This document shows positions 25,801-37,130 of a stretch of DNA of 64,000 nt, in pieces; within the stretch, counting starts at the first letter, position 1; each line of letters begins with the position of its first letter. The notes under the pieces were generated by a model. That model saw nothing but the letters and a program-made list of their open reading frames with translations, had not been told where the DNA came from and ran no database searches. The position numbers were made by a program, and so were the translations under genes. This DNA comes from Trypethelium eluteriae (lineage: Eukaryota), in the NCBI GenBank assembly GCA_051942245.1, contig JAVECL010000002.1, forward strand, positions 1-64,000. Direction: 5' to 3'.

Positions 25801-26086
25801 TTATTGCTTGGAGTCTTATCTCCTCTTGGTCGCTCCATTCTGAACCGTCAAATTGTCTATCCGTATGCCCGTTGACTTCATGCGTCCCTCTCTTGCCGCC
25901 TGCGTTGAGTGATGCCTCGAGAATTTGGACAAGAGAATTTGTCAGCCCCTGCTTAAGAGCAATCGCTTTTTTTTGGTCATGTCCTGTCAATTCATTCTTG
26001 ACATGCTTGAGCGCGGCGATCTGAGCTGTGGGTGACGTCGGGTTTCGAAGTTCTTCTAGAATCACGGCCGAAGCAGAACGTACCAT
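22822..26086 (-). CDS. Armadillo-repeat protein, ARMC8/Vid28(Gid5)-like
   Basis: AQIAALKHVKNELTGHDQKK N-terminus; RTLARSISVLRT; LWALKH; IQEQALDFLRNL; VLVHLAAG. One intron at about 25775-25730. Confidence 0.78.
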
Positions 26087-26807
26087 GGTGGCGATGGATG
26101 CTCTAGGGATGTATTCAGCGTTAGACTCAATGAAGCATGCAAGAGTACGGATAGCGTGTCGTACAGAAATACGCAAGTCAGTCCCGAAAGGTGATGAACT
26201 GGTTAGAAGGCTCACAACTGCGTTGAAGATCGCCCCAAAGTAAACGACTATAATGGCCGTAACGACCTCAGCCGGATTGACTCCTTACACAGGACTTCAT
26301 GGAGTAGTCTCGGTCCACACACCAAATGGAAGAACGGCCAGGTTATGTCGGTGGGAATGACGCTTTGCTTTCAGGCTCCAGCTAAGTGGTAATCATAGTG
26401 GCGGTCGTTGCCTCGTACATCGGACGTTATTCCGACCGGATTCAGCATTAATATCGAAACGTCCATGGGAGGTAGCTTAAACCTAAATACCGGCCTCGTA
26501 GACGGCGTAAGTCTCGAAGCATATCAACATAAATTAAATTACTAGCATCCGAAAAATTAGCTACCCAAATACATTTACAAGAATCGCCGCCTTGGTCATT
26601 GGCGTTATTGGACGTTTAGATACGTCAAAATCTCATTCGATATCCGACCCATACCGATTGCTTGGCCACTCCTTCGACTCCCAAGCTTAAACAAGGAAAC
26701 ACCACGGGTGTTGAGAGACTAGGGCGCAGTCGAACGCTAAAGTCCCTCAAATTTCGCAGTGAGCTACAGTTCAGGCAGTCGCGTGGGTGGTCTAATTTCG
26801 CGATCAT

Positions 26808-28005
26808 TCAACTCGCTTCATCGCTGAGTGAGATGTCGCTGTCTTCGTTTTCGCCCTCGCTAGCTGCAGCTGTTCCCTCTCCAATGCAGTATCCTTCGCT
26901 GCGATCTACTAGATTACGATAGTAACTCTCCAGGACCTCTGGTTGCGGCACTATCTTCCACTGGACCCTACTCAGGAATTCCAGCTCCAGCAGCGCCAAT
27001 TCCCGCACGCTGACACCTCCGACGCGAGCGTAAGTATTATTAGTCCAGAAACTATCGCTGAGCCCTTTCGAAGCAACCGTTGCAGCTGTGATTAAGAACC
27101 GATGGACGGTAAGGCTGCTTATGGTAAAGGCCGGATAGTAGGAATAAAGACGATCGATGTAGAAGACCATTGAAAGAAGAATTGGTGGTGGTAATGTTGC
27201 GTGAACAATCAAACGTATGAGGTAGTCGTGCACAGATATGCCAGGGGGCGCTCTAAAGACATTCCGGTCATTTACGTGGTCGCGGAGCAATCAAGCTGCT
27301 CCCAACTCACCTAGAGTGAAACCTTGTAAGCCCACCATCTTGCAACGGGATTGCATCGTTCGTTCGGATCAATTCCATGAGCATATCGGCTATCACCGTG
27401 CCCAGGTCTCTAACATCGCAGTCTTCATACCGGATGGGCATAGGCTTCATGGCTGGGGCATCTGGCCTGGGACGTTTCGGGGTAGCCGGTCGGGGCTGGT
27501 TTGAGGGAGTAACCGGCTGGTGCACAACATCTTGAGAGGGAGATGGGTTGCCTGTCACTACCGATTCGGGATCAACGCGTGGGTTTGGTTTTGGTGGGTC
27601 GTGAGGAAGAGTTGCGTGTGGAGAGCCAGACTCAGCTCTACGCTTGCTTGGTGTATGAGCCGGCGGCGGAGGCACACTTGTCGTTGGTCTTCCCTGGAGC
27701 GGCAGCTCCGTATCCCTTGCAGCGACAGACGCACTTGTCTTCTGTGGTGAATACTGCGTCGCAGCATCCACCATTCGTTTGAGCAAAGGCGAAGTCTGTG
27801 AAGAAGTGGAGACGGTTTGTGGGATGATTGGACCGGCAGAAGCCGGGAGCCCGGTCGAGCGGTGAGGTGATGCTATCTGCTGGTGCGAAGAGCGACGGGG
27901 TAGTCGTGGGGAGTGGGAGACATTATACGGTCGAGCATGGAAAGGCTGTTTTGGAGAGGAGGCAGCCGAATAGCTCGGAGATGGTGACTGGGAGGAAGTC
28001 AACAT
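26808..28005 (-). CDS. PHO80: Pho80/PREG-like cyclin
   Basis: LTRFHSR|APPGISVHDYLIRL...FYIDRL...SSLTVHRFLITAATVASKGLSDSFWTNNTYARVGG...LLELEFL cyclin box; long S/P-rich N-terminus; one intron at about 27310-27255. Confidence 0.88.
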
Positions 28006-29185
28006 CACGTCGAGCGCGCGGACGCGCTTCCTCCCTCTTCCTTCTGATCTCGTTCAACACCAGGGTTTGGAATAGTGACGCGCATATCGTGGGGCCCCGC
28101 AAGGACTTGAGCGAAAAATGGCGAATGCGGTGTTGAGGACTCGAATGATCTACAAGGGCCAAGCAAGATCTGACCGTCAAGAGACGGTCCAGACAAGATG
28201 CAAGTGGCGGCAGAATCGAGCAGTGTCGGCTGTTTGAAAATTGTCTGACGAGCAGGTGGAGGCATCGATGATTCTTCAAGCTTGGGCTGGTGGATGCACA
28301 TCTGCTGGCAATGCCCGTGGTGATAGGCCAGAACTTCTGCCCGCCCAAAGCGGTGAGCAAGCTGTGTGATACTCTAAAGCTTAATCGCTACACGGGACAT
28401 TACTTGTTTAAATTATGGGACGTCTACTTTGCTGAAGTGATTATTACATCGTTATGGTTAGTCAATCTCTTGACCTTGCTTCACGGATATTTTGAAGTGG
28501 GCTCTGACCGACTCCTAGCCGGGGTGAACATGTGAGCTAAACATGATCTATCGTCTGAGTAGCTTCACTATATAGAATTTTCTCGGGAGTCAGACACTCT
28601 CCCTTGTCAGCTAGAGCTTGTTCAATTTTTATATGAGAATAAGGTATGCTACCGCGCACTAAAGGCGTTGGCCGGGATGATTTGCTGTATCCACTCCTAT
28701 GCTTGTTCTGTAAAATCTCGGACGTTCCAACTGGTTCCCGACAAGAACATCTAACAACGACTTAACAGGGTTCTTCTCAAGAGTCGGTAGAAAAGCTAGA
28801 TTTTGAACTCGGTTCCTGCCCCGTACCAGGAGTACAGCCTCTCACAGACTTCGAGCAAGGACTGAGGAGCTGTACGAGAGCGACGAATATAAATTTGCTA
28901 GGAGGGAGCCTATGTGACTCCTTAGAGGTGATACGTAAGCGAGCTGATCGTGTTTATACCCCATTTAGACCAGAGAGGCCGTAATAGACTCCCAGCAAGG
29001 GCTTAGAAATTGGGCATGAGCAATGAGTGAGATTCTCTCTCGAGGGTGCGAAAGCGTCCCTACTAAGAGGCAGCGGAGATGCTAACAATTAATGATATTC
29101 CTGCCCGGTATAATAAGCAGGGCTATCGATGAGCTTTCTACGTGAGGTTAGAAGATCGGCTACCTCCATTGTCATCAAGACCGGT

Positions 29186-30721
29186 TCAAACGTCTGGTGT
29201 AAAACTCATAACTCGTATCGCCTTCGTTGCGTAAGTGCGAATGTGGTAGATGGCTTCATTCTCACTCTGTGTCGGATCTATCCGCTCGTATCTGCGACAA
29301 AGGAGCGCGAACGTTGACATGATGCAATCGTCGAAGACACCCATCCACGAGGCCGGAATGTTGTGTTGTTGGCTGGCGCTGAGGGGCGTTGCAAAAATGG
29401 GCTGTGGTTGATGGACAAAGGGCATGCCATCCTCCGGAAGTGTCAGAATGTAAAGACTGTCGGCGACCTCAAATAAAACTCGATTATGGTTGATAGATAG
29501 CCAGCCACCCAAGTGAAAATTCGAAGGATTTGCCTCGCATTCGATTATCGTCGAGACGGCAGCAGCACGCTCTCTTGATCGGATGGCTTCTGGCCAGTCG
29601 GAACAGATGATGACACGGCCACTCTTGGAGACTCCTACCATGATCTTGCCGAACAGCGAGCCAGCACCCCACTCGTCGTCTTCTGGGCTAAGATAGTCAG
29701 CGGTGTGACGTGAGTGAGGGCCCGAATCAAGCTCGAGGCGAACGAGGTGATCTCGAGTTGGAGGACCAGGAAGATATGGAGGGCTTGGAGAGTCTTCGAC
29801 CTGCGCATGTTTGTATCCAGGAGTTAGCAGCGGGTGCCGTATATGGCATACATGTGTAGTGCAAGTTTTGGGTTCAAGAATGCCCAGGAGACCCCCAGTC
29901 TCTTTCGAATGGAAATGATAGCCCTCTGTCCCGAACGAGTACATTACAGCTTTATCTTCCTGACATAAATGTCCGACGGCTCCGGTTCGGATGTTGAACT
30001 CCGTGTGTAGCCTGGAGGTCTCCTGAGAGAGGTCATAAACAAATGCCTGACCTTGTGTGGAGACGACGCAGAGAGTAGGGTAGCGAAGATGGAAGCCTCT
30101 CGTTTCGCAATCGTGGTGAAGGATGGCAACTTGTTCAAATTGACCACGTTCTCCCTCGGATTGAACGACCTTCCAGATTTCAAGAGCGTTTTCCCCCTTA
30201 TCCCATACTGCCCATCCCTTGTCGTACTCAAGATGTGCGTACGGCCGCACAAAGTCCTCGGGCAAGTGCCAGAGACGTTGCCCGGTATCCATGTCAGTCA
30301 CAGCGATACCTCCAGATACAGAGGTAGACATGAACCATCGGTTCTCAAAATCTGGTCGAAAACGCCAGACAGCATTTCTACGGACGTGGATGAGGGACTC
30401 TCTGACCATCGGCCTATCGCATGTCCAATTTCTCATTAGCAAACTTTGCTTTTTGCATAGCTGCTTCCACGTTGAGACATCATCCAAATATCCGGTAAAG
30501 GACGGGCTGTGCTTAAGGAATGATGCGATGTCTCGACTTGACGCTGGGTAGCATCCTGCTTTTGATTGGTAAATATGGTCTTGATGGCCATGGTCTATGA
30601 ACTGATGCCAGCCCCTTGAAGTTTGAATCAGGGCTGCGATTGATGGGATTGGTAGGTATTCGATGATCTGGAGCAAGATCTCGCTAGGCAGCTGAGCTAG
30701 CGATGCCATTTCGTCTAGCAT
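29186..30721 (-). CDS. F-box protein with a probable beta-propeller C-terminus
   Basis: N-terminal LAQLPSEILLQIIEYLPIPSIAALIQTSRGW F-box; beta-rich remainder (VWRFRPD, VRPYAHLEY, TRGF). Intronless. Confidence 0.8.
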   Translation of the reverse strand: MLDEMASLAQLPSEILLQIIEYLPIPSIAALIQTSRGWHQFIDHGHQDHIYQSKAGCYPASSRDIASFLKHSPSFTGYLDDVSTWKQLCKKQSLLMRNWTCDRPMVRESLIHVRRNAVWRFRPDFENRWFMSTSVSGGIAVTDMDTGQRLWHLPEDFVRPYAHLEYDKGWAVWDKGENALEIWKVVQSEGERGQFEQVAILHHDCETRGFHLRYPTLCVVSTQGQAFVYDLSQETSRLHTEFNIRTGAVGHLCQEDKAVMYSFGTEGYHFHSKETGGLLGILEPKTCTTHVCHIRHPLLTPGYKHAQVEDSPSPPYLPGPPTRDHLVRLELDSGPHSRHTADYLSPEDDEWGAGSLFGKIMVGVSKSGRVIICSDWPEAIRSRERAAAVSTIIECEANPSNFHLGGWLSINHNRVLFEVADSLYILTLPEDGMPFVHQPQPIFATPLSASQQHNIPASWMGVFDDCIMSTFALLCRRYERIDPTQSENEAIYHIRTYATKAIRVMSFTPDV

Positions 30722-31788
30722 AGGCGCAGTCCTTACGGATGTGCGGATCAATAGGACTAGTATTGAGTAGGTCACCGATTGACATCTCTGTGGAGCTACT
30801 CCGTACACTTGGCCTTCGTGTATCCTGTCCTGTACACACACGATGCCTTAATCAGGGGAGTGGCACGGGGGAGAAGTTGACGTGAGAATGGGTACAGCCA
30901 TACGGTCTTCAACAGCTGCAACGTCAGCAAGCCTCATCCACCAGCCACTTCCACTTCTAAGCCCCTTCCGCCACGTCCCGCCCCACACGTACTCCGAGTG
31001 TTTGGGCGATGCTAATGGTGCACCGCCCGCCGTTTGGTGAATTTCCCAGACATCTGCACATCCGATTGCGTGTGCTGGCAGACTGCAAAAGTCGTGAGTG
31101 CCGGGATTTGTACGCGATGTCTCTCGTCAGCACGCGTCTATCAGTTCAGCCTTCGTCTTCGCACTCCAAAGTCCCCTACCTTCGAGCTCCAATGCTACAC
31201 GCAGTCTGTGAACATCCAGCGAATTGCTCTTTTGAGGCCCACACGTTGAGTCATTACAGGTAACTTCATCATATGGTCTTTCAACGTCCTATCTGCCTCA
31301 TAGGAGCCAAAACTTGAATGCGAGCGAGCTTTGTCAAGGACAGAGCCCGTATATGGCGGTTCTGTAGTCCACGAAACCTGGGTCACAGCAGCTCCATCGC
31401 CTTGGTTCCACTTCAATCTTCAATCGGTGACGCGTATGTTTTCAAGCCTCCCACGTGGCAAATGTGACATCGGAATTCTCCCTTGTCTGCTATTTTGCGG
31501 ACTCTACGGAGCCGGTTCCCTCTCGATGTGTTACGCGACGACTGTTCCTAAGACTCACTGCCGGCAGATAGGGTCTACCGTACATAGCTTTACCCTGAAA
31601 TGAGAAGTTATAGCAGGCAATGGAGTCATCGCTCCTCGACATCTTCACCGCAGTCGGAAGCTCTGTCCAGTCCGGTATGTAAATTTCCCATTAGCTCTGA
31701 AAGCTCACTGATAAAGCTTGACAATAGCATTACTATCACACCCGTGTATCCTCTAGTCCTGCAGTCTCTAGTGAACCGTTCGAGAGCC

Positions 31789-34049
31789 ATGTCGCACACC
31801 AAAGACCTACTTCGAGCGGAGGAGACCCCCTCGTACCTCCAAACTATCGCCAACGCAACTACGTCTCGCGTCCTGTAAGACTTCGAGACTTTCGCCATAC
31901 CAGGCAGTGGCCACCTGCTGGATTTCTTCTTGACGCGGATATATCTCATGGGGATGCAGAGGATATTATATGCGCCGGGGCCTCCACTTTCAAGGGTTTC
32001 TGTGAAAAGATACCGAACGCTCCAGATCAATGTTACTGCCATGCAGTCATGGAATCAGAACATGCTAGCCGGCGAGACCGCGCCCTTCCACACCATGAAG
32101 CATTTCATTTGGCTTCTCTCGTCCTTGCCGAAACCGATTCCACCGATTTCGTCTGGGAGACATTGGAGCAGCCGTCCATGGCATACTTTAGTGGAAAAAT
32201 CGCCGGAACTTGCACGCTTGAATACTATGTTAGCCAAGCCGGAAATACTCGACCCATTATCAAATATCCCTCAGATGCGGAGCCTAAGAAGGTGACAATG
32301 CTTACAATATTGGACAGATTGAGACAGCTGGAGACTGGCTTAGACGCAGAAGTCAGTAATTTACTATATCTTCTTCAGATGGCGACTCACACATCCTCCC
32401 TAGAACCCTAATGACCTTTACGGTCATCTGTACCACTTTTTCATTGAAGATCCGGAGCATGAGAGTGACCCTCATTACGGAATTGATACGCAAATAGCAG
32501 ATCTCTTGAAGACCCTAGGTTCTGCAAGCTATGGATGGATTGACTTCAGTGATCCTCGCCATCAGGTGCTTGGCAAATTTGTCAACAGCAAAGATACCAG
32601 CATCAAACATCGTTTCTTCCATCAGCTGGTCCTTTCGGTCGAGCTGTACTTGCGAATCCATTCTCCTACCCTTTACAGCCAAGCCGATCGAAACAAAGTT
32701 CTTACCCAGTTACCCTTGAAGATTGCGTGGGATCTTGCGGTTGCCCAGAGATGGCTAGAAAATGTTTTTATTTCAAAGACGACCAGTGGAGAAAGCAGTC
32801 CTAAAAAGAGTACTTTTACGTTCGATTTGCGCACCAAGAACCGCCAGAAGGAAGCGTTGCAGGATTTTATGGACATGATGAAGTGGCCAAATAAGCTCGA
32901 AGTGGAAAGGGTTCTGTTGGAAACCGATCACCGTGCGAAACCAGTTGAAGATCGCTCCTCAGACGCCTGGTCTTGGTTCAGTGGTGTTATCCTTCCAGGC
33001 CCTACTCTTCCCTGGCTTCTCATAAACTCTCTGATTGATTGCGATCCCAGATCCAGCGACAATCTCTATTATCTGACGCACATGACACCCTCTTCGGGAT
33101 TCCAATATCTTAGCAATACGTACTGGTCAAGCCGCTGCGTCGTGGGCAAGGTTCTTGGAGCGGCTCGTGGTGTTAACGAAACTGCTGGATGGGTTGGACC
33201 TTGTCTTTATTCACCAGATCTCAACCGCATTGAATGTGTGCGAGTGCGCCAATTACCTGCTCTCGACTCGCGCCCACTCCCTGAAGACGTTGCCAGCATG
33301 AATGTGCGAACGTCGCCCCTTGGACCCCTTGACGACGCCTACCCTGTTAATGACTATGAGCTGATAACTCCAGACACGGACGACATAACTGACGCCATTC
33401 GCATCCAGAAGCTCGGTTTCCTGCCACTCAAGGAGCAGCCAGCTGCTTCGAAAGGTGCCCACTCGAACAAAAATCGGCCCGTGGTATGGGATGCGGCCAT
33501 CATCTTCGCCTGCGACGGTGAAACATGTCCCATGAGACTGCGATACGACATTAGTTTCATTACTGCCTTTCCCTGTCACGAAGGGCCTCATGGTAGTGAT
33601 CTCACCTGCAAACTTTTCCCGACCGCGCAACTAATGAGCCTTCATCTATAGTCCTCTTCTACGACTATGCCTACCGCGCCATTAAAGTTGATCAAGGCCT
33701 TCACAATATCCATAACTGGGCCGACCGAAATCGCCCTCGCTCAGAGTCCTTTCCCACCGCCATCCCGTTCCCATCCGACCCATCCCGTTCCTATCCGCAC
33801 ACTCCGCAAGATACTTGCTCTGCCGCCTCCGTCCTCGATGAGGTCCTTGTCATCGAAGCTCTCGGCGTCTCGGATAATGAGGTCTTCGCGCGGGCATGGT
33901 GCGCGCATTGGGGTGTCAGTGCCATTGTGGCAAACGTCAAGGAGACTTGTATGGCATGTGCAGTGAGGGAGGCCTACGCAGCGTGCGTGAGCGTGGTAAT
34001 CTTGACTGAGTGTGGGAAGGTCGGAGAGGTGGAGGAAGCTCGAGGATGA
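31789..34049 (+). CDS. Conserved hypothetical fungal protein, multi-exon
   Basis: ATG 31789 with GT-AG introns linking ORFs 32049..32411, 32506..33651 and a last exon ending VLVIEALGVSDNEVFARAWCAHWGVSAIVANVKETCMACAVREAYAACVSVVIL...TGA 34049. Exon junctions are approximate. Confidence 0.75.
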
Positions 34050-35783
34050 GTGATCAAGTCGGATGCATGATGACGTTTGCGAGGTTGGGCTGGCCGAGGG
34101 GGTTTACGGGCTGAAATTAATATACCCATGGTCTCTGCCATCAATATTAAGGACTTGGGGCGTCTGGTACCTGAAGCGGGATATGGAGGGTTCCAAAGTT
34201 TCTTTTTTTACGACCTGCAGTCGTTATTCAGAGATATCCGAGAATACATGATGTCCGCTCCGATTGAGCCAAGCCTCCATGAGTTGCCGCTGAAATAACT
34301 TCAATCACGTCATGAAATTCAAGAGCAATTGGTTCCACGTCATGGGTGACACCGACTCATCGCTCAACCGAGCCGTTGGGGCTGGCTGATAGGCAAGAGT
34401 ACACTGTCGTTCGGGAAGCTGTACCTGCTGATATGCCTCTCTGCGTAGCCACAATAATCAAAGATGGTGAGCTATGGGCTATCGAAAGAGCTGAGAAGTC
34501 TGGATACTTTAAAGTATCCTACGCCGCGCATGAGAGAGTCGAGCTCTTTTGTGTAGGCCTCTGGTAACAAATTGCGAATTTGTTTGGTGATGGATTTAGA
34601 ACTGGTATTTTAGTCTGCTTTAGAAAGCGTAGAGAGGCGAGCTATATCTTGACGCAGTTGATATAGGCTGATATAATAGAGCGGACGTTGATTTAGCAAT
34701 TCTAAACCCCAAATTTAATTGATGATATCCATCTCCAGGCAGGACCGAAGACAGCTTTATGTCTTTATATAACATTGACCTTAAGCAGTCACACACAGAG
34801 ACTGGCTGGTTCATCTTCTTAGAGGAATCGCACCAGTGACCGATAGACATCCATACCTGGACGAAAAGAATAATAGACTAACAACAGGCTGTGCAATAAT
34901 ATGGAAAGGATATCTTGTTTTGACCCAGACCGGCGCGGGCGGTAGGCCTTTTCCAAACCTTGGTCTTTCGCCAAAGATAGTATATCCTGAGGTACACAGA
35001 GATTATACCCAGTATTTCGACTCATAGTCCGATCCTGGTTGTAGAAAAACAGGAAGTGCTTTGCTCGAACTATAGATCATTACTTAGCTTACCTTGACAA
35101 AGCCCATGCAATACCGCTTGTTATCGCCACAAGGCGCGAGATGATGTTAACTAACTTAGCATCATACCATCTGAGATTGATAAAACTTCGCAAGGTTGGC
35201 AAATTCTCTGTATTACTGAGAATCTATCTTTGAGCTTCGATAAAACCCGTCAAAACCCATAAGGAAAAGGGGGGAAAGACCGTCTCCATGCACACTTTGC
35301 AAAGTACAGTAACTCCAAGCACCGAGTATCGATGCAGAATTCCGAATCACCATCGCCACGCCACTCCTTCGAGAAACAAAAGTCCAATAGTCTGAGATAT
35401 CTCATTTATCCAACACAAAAGCTCCACCCATGGGTATCAGTGCCAAATCCTCAAACGCCTACGCTATATCGCCCAATCTCGCTGACAATCTTGACTCGCA
35501 AGTGGTATTCCACTCGAAGGGAAAAAAAAAGTACATATCGGAAACACGCTCCAGCTCGGAGCTCGCAGCCACAAGCAATGGCCACTGAAGTTGCAGCCAG
35601 TTCTCGCAAGGAAGACCCTGCAACACCACCACCTTCACTGTCAGCCCATTTCCTCCAAACCCGTTCCCGGATGACCCCCAGCACCTTGGAGGGCGCCTCC
35701 GTACGCTGAAATCTTCAACTCAAGAACTCTTAGTCTGACCCATAGAGTCGCCAGGAGATACCCTCCGACAGTTCGGGAGACCC

Positions 35784-37130
35784 TCAACCGAAATCTTGTC
35801 GTCCCTGTTCCCCAGCATCCACCGGCTCCCTGAAGATTTCGGTCCAGTTCGGTATCTCCATGGGCCCAGACAAATCTTCCCATAGCTCAGGGGCAGCGGC
35901 TACGGTCTCAGTGGTCAGAACTCTGCTCCCAGTTGAGGAGGCCCCCAACCCGATCTCCCCTTTGCCTTGGAGCCGCGGATCGATGTTGGAGTCGAGAGCA
36001 GATTCTAGATCTGCGATTCCGCTGGGTGGAAAGGAACAGGGAGCCGGGGTGTGGGATGTCGGCTCAAGCGGCACCTCATGAGGATACAATCGTTCTTGAG
36101 TCGAGGAGGCTCCTGCTTCTGCGCTCCTCTGGGATCGTACCTCAAGCTTATGCTGCCTCCTGCTCCTCCCGTCCTCCCTGTTGAGGGGTGCTCTGGTTCT
36201 GGAGACTGCCGACGGCCGGAATCGCTGCTGAGCTCGCTGTAGGCGCGAGCTTCTCCGGCATTTGGGGTCCGGACATCTGTCAATGGCCTCGTGGATGACC
36301 TCTCTGGGGATGCTGGCGCCATAACCTGCGTCTCTGATGGCGCGCATTGTTGCATCCCGCCCACAAGAGTGATCTTCATGGAGCGAATCGTGAATGGCCC
36401 AAAAGACATCGAACCAGTCCTCAGTTGGGACGACGTAGCCGTCTTCCTTCGTCCGATTGTCTTTCGTGGCCTTTGCACCACTTCCATGGGGCATCATCCT
36501 GACGAGGTTGAATCCATTCGGGCCCCCTGCCCTGTACCTGAACAGATGCATGGCGTTGTACTTCTCGGGGGCGTCTTTGGTAAGGACGGTACCTTGCTGA
36601 ATGCCTATGATCCTGTTGATCTTCTCTTGGGGTAGGCACTTCCATCCTTTCTTTTGCCGTAGGAAAGTTCCTTGGATGCCCCTAAATGCATCTCGGAACT
36701 CCTCAACGTCCTTTGGTAACGCCTCCGAGAGCTGCTCAGCTGAGAACTCCGCCTTGCCCCTCTTCACTGCCGGGTTTCTTGCGAGGTGCCCCCCAACAGC
36801 ATCTTGATAGGTAGAGGCGCCCTCGTTGAAGGGTGCTGGCACTGTCGCCAGTGAGTTCTCCACATTCGTGCTCAGTTGCCCGCCATCCTGTTCAATGGGA
36901 TTTTGGATCGGGGCAAACTCCACTAGGAGAAGACACGAGTAACAGAATAAGTTTCCAAGTGCGCAGAAGGAAGCCCTACAGTGTATGCAGTGCCTACCCG
37001 GTCCCTCTTGGTGTGTGGCGACCGTGCTGGGGATCGCCTCATCCAAATCCCTTGCCTGCCCGAAACTGCAAATGAAGCACTCGCTGCCAGGTGCTATTTG
37101 CGTTTTACAGTTTCTGCATACGGAATCCAT
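35784..37130 (-). CDS. Intronless orphan protein with two N-terminal C4 zinc-ribbon motifs and an integrase-type H2C2 zinc-binding domain
   Basis: CRNC..CFIC and CIHC..CYSC; VVPTEDWFDVFWAIHDSLHEDHSCGRDATMRAIRDAGYGASIPREVIHEAIDRCPDPKC matches the integrase H2C2 pattern (H..H.GRD.T...IPR......CP.C). No DDE core follows. Confidence 0.7.
   Translation of the reverse strand: MDSVCRNCKTQIAPGSECFICSFGQARDLDEAIPSTVATHQEGPGRHCIHCRASFCALGNLFCYSCLLLVEFAPIQNPIEQDGGQLSTNVENSLATVPAPFNEGASTYQDAVGGHLARNPAVKRGKAEFSAEQLSEALPKDVEEFRDAFRGIQGTFLRQKKGWKCLPQEKINRIIGIQQGTVLTKDAPEKYNAMHLFRYRAGGPNGFNLVRMMPHGSGAKATKDNRTKEDGYVVPTEDWFDVFWAIHDSLHEDHSCGRDATMRAIRDAGYGASIPREVIHEAIDRCPDPKCRRSSRLQRAQQRFRPSAVSRTRAPLNREDGRSRRQHKLEVRSQRSAEAGASSTQERLYPHEVPLEPTSHTPAPCSFPPSGIADLESALDSNIDPRLQGKGEIGLGASSTGSRVLTTETVAAAPELWEDLSGPMEIPNWTEIFREPVDAGEQGRQDFG

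Noticed and set aside
28560..29130. Possible decayed coding sequence on the minus strand
   Set aside because: Multiple stops and no identifiable family; cannot be supported by eye.
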